Shown: positions 61,940 through 64,000 of the stretch, piece after piece
How the letters are laid out: each line of letters begins with the position of its first letter
Numbering within the stretch: position 1 is the stretch's first letter
Source of the DNA: Camelus ferus
Taxonomy: Eukaryota
Assembly (NCBI RefSeq): GCF_009834535.1
Contig: NC_045697.1
Coordinates: 91,266,001-91,330,000, forward strand
Length of the DNA stretch: 64,000 nucleotides
Direction: 5' to 3'
Notes under the pieces: model-generated
Databases searched by the model: none
Told to the model about the DNA's origin: nothing
The model's input: only the letters and a program-made list of their open reading frames with translations
Program-made: the position numbers and the translations under genes

Positions 61940-64000
61940 ATCATTCATCCATTGCATTCAGAACATTTATTAACTGTCTACCAACTGTTAGGTGCCAGTA
62001 CTAGAAACACATGCAGAGAATAATTGACAAAGTCCTTTGAACAACTGACAGATAGTCTAGTGAGGGGACACAAAAAATTACAAATCAGTGAGAGAAGTGA
62101 TAATATAGTTATAATACTGAATGTTATGGAAGCTTAGAAAGGGGCAGGCTTTAGGGAGGTAGGGTAAGGCTATTTGGTAGAACTTGAGTGAATTAGGGCC
62201 AAAAGAAGGGGTTGTGTAGATAGGGAAGAATGATCCAAGCTTAGGGTTAAGCATTTTCAAAAGTTCTGAATGGATATCACTGAGGAGATGTGAAAAGCCA
62301 TGAAGTAGGGGGAGGGTTTGGAAGGAGAACTAGCAAAAGTAAGTAGCTATGTTAATGACACATTCTATCCTGAAGAGTAAACAAGGGGGAAAAGGGCAAT
62401 TAATAGTTTTAAATGGGAATGCTGTGATCATATTTTTGCTTTAAAAGAGCACATAGACTATTGAATAGGGAATGAATTAGAGAGGGACAGGATTAGAGGG
62501 AGGGAGAGCAGTTAGGTGGTGATGTAAATCACTGAGATGATGATAGTGGCTGTTGGGATGGAAAGGTGAAACCTGATGTAGAAGTGATCTGGGAATAAAC
62601 TGGATTGGTGGTGGTGGTGATAATGGAGGAGATGTCAAAGAAAAGCAAGAGTCAAGGACAATGTCTTGGCGCCTGGGTTTGGCAATTGTGGATGGTGGTA
62701 CACTAATTGAGTCAGGTGAGGAGGCACAAAGTGGGAGGGAAAATGAGTTCAGTTTGTGATACATTGAGTTTGAACTGCCTGTGGGAGGTCCATTGGGGGT
62801 GTTCAGGAAGTTACTGGAGACACAAGTATAGATGTGTGTTTTGGGGGGCAGTCATGAGAGTAGATGAGAACACCAAGAGATATAAGTAGAATGAAAAGAG
62901 AATACGGCTTAGGAGGGAACCCTAAGGAAAACCAACATTTAAGAGACTGAAAGTGAGAAAGCAAATTGACTCAAACCTGGTCTGGGACCGAAATTTTTTG
63001 TGTGATGTAATTTACAACTCCTTCTGGGAAGCAATTAGCATTCCTGATAAAGTGCGTGAACAGTTTTCTGACAGACTTTAATAAGACTGAGAACTCCTTC
63101 TGGGAAGCTAGGGTTACCCATCCAGCTGATTGACTAGCCTAATAATCTTTAACCAGATGTTCTTTTTTCTGTATCCATTCTAAACATGGTTGGTGAACCA
63201 TTCCTTTTTTCTTATAAAATGTCTCAACCAAAATTATTCCTTCAGTTGAATTTTTAAAAAAGCTTCTCATGTACTCAAAAACAATTTGTCTGAGGCATGG
63301 CTTTAACAAAAGAGAAAGAGGAGCCTGGAAGAGAATTAGAAGAGTCCAGAGGGGTAGGAGAGAAACCAGTAGAAGACTGTTGAGGTTATAGAAGCCAGGT
63401 GAAAGCATTTTAAGAAACAGGGCATGAACGGACAACAGTGTCAAATGCAAGTGAAAGGTCAAGTAAAAACAAGGATGAGAAATTGCCACTGGATTGAGCA
63501 GTAAGAATGTCAATGATGATCTCTGGCAAGGGCAGTTACACTGGGGTGACTGGGGGGCATAAGTCAGATTTCAGTGGGTTTGAGCGAGTGTACACCATTC
63601 TTTCAAAAAGTGTGACTGTTAAGGGAGGCAGAGGAAGGGAGCCTTGAGATTATTTCCCTTTAGTGGGGACACAAGTATATTTAAATATGCTTGGGAAGGA
63701 GTCGGTAGCCAGGGAAGCAGAAGACACCTGAAAGAGAAGGGAAAGACACCTGAGCTAGAGACCAGAAAAGGTGAACCGTTTTCAGGATTCTGAGCCCAGG
63801 TGGAGGAAATGTCACATGCCATGCCTCCTGTTGTGATAGAAAGGAAGGCGGAGGATGAGCCTGCAGGGAAGATCTGCAGGTTTGGAGGTAGAAGGTCAAA
63901 GGCACTCCTGTCCGGTGGCCTCTGTTACATCTGTGGTGTAGGAGGTTTAGGAGTTCTGCTGAACATGTCTGGGTGAGTGGCAGGATGGCAGACTGGGACA
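61940..64000 (-). mobile_element. Long degenerate L2 fragments (gap of uncertain origin at ~62970-63310)
   Basis: 'cattcatccattgcattcagaacatttattaa', 'gagtcaaggacaat...cctgggtttgg', 'gagttcagtttg..acattgagtttgaa' and 'gtcaagtaaaaacaaggatgagaaattgccactggattgagc'. Confidence 0.7.

Noticed and set aside
1..64000. CRISPR arrays, operons or prokaryotic defence systems
   Set aside because: The DNA is mammalian, with no repeat-spacer arrays or dense coding regions

Overview
This is mammalian genomic DNA, AT-rich and CpG-depleted. It is most likely camelid (camel/llama/alpaca), because it carries three tRNA-derived SINEs resembling the camelid Vic-1 family plus artiodactyl-type L1 3' ends. I recognise no intact protein-coding gene. 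The only recognisable gene sequence is a full-length, disabled processed pseudogene of ST13 (Hsc70-interacting protein, Hip) on the minus strand (~51085-52517), inserted into an MLT1 LTR. A large part of the window is interspersed repeats: young and old L1s (several with clear target-site duplications, TSDs), L2, MIR, MER5/MER45/MER58/Tigger1 DNA-transposon remnants, MaLR/ERVL LTRs, and a ~7 kb degenerate two-LTR ERV1-class provirus with nested insertions. Most ORF-track entries are repeat-derived or chance ORFs. The window begins exactly at a GTAAGA splice-donor-like motif, and a few repeat-free islands look like exons or enhancers; these are inferences that need conservation and expression data. 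The most unusual structures are an LTR-derived chimera apparently mobilised by L1 (35222-35447), a four-fold alternating inverted repeat (29561-29613), a twin-primed L1, and a duplicated STAT site. Repeat family names come from visual recall of consensus sequences, and boundaries without a TSD are approximate. I found no convincing new biological system.
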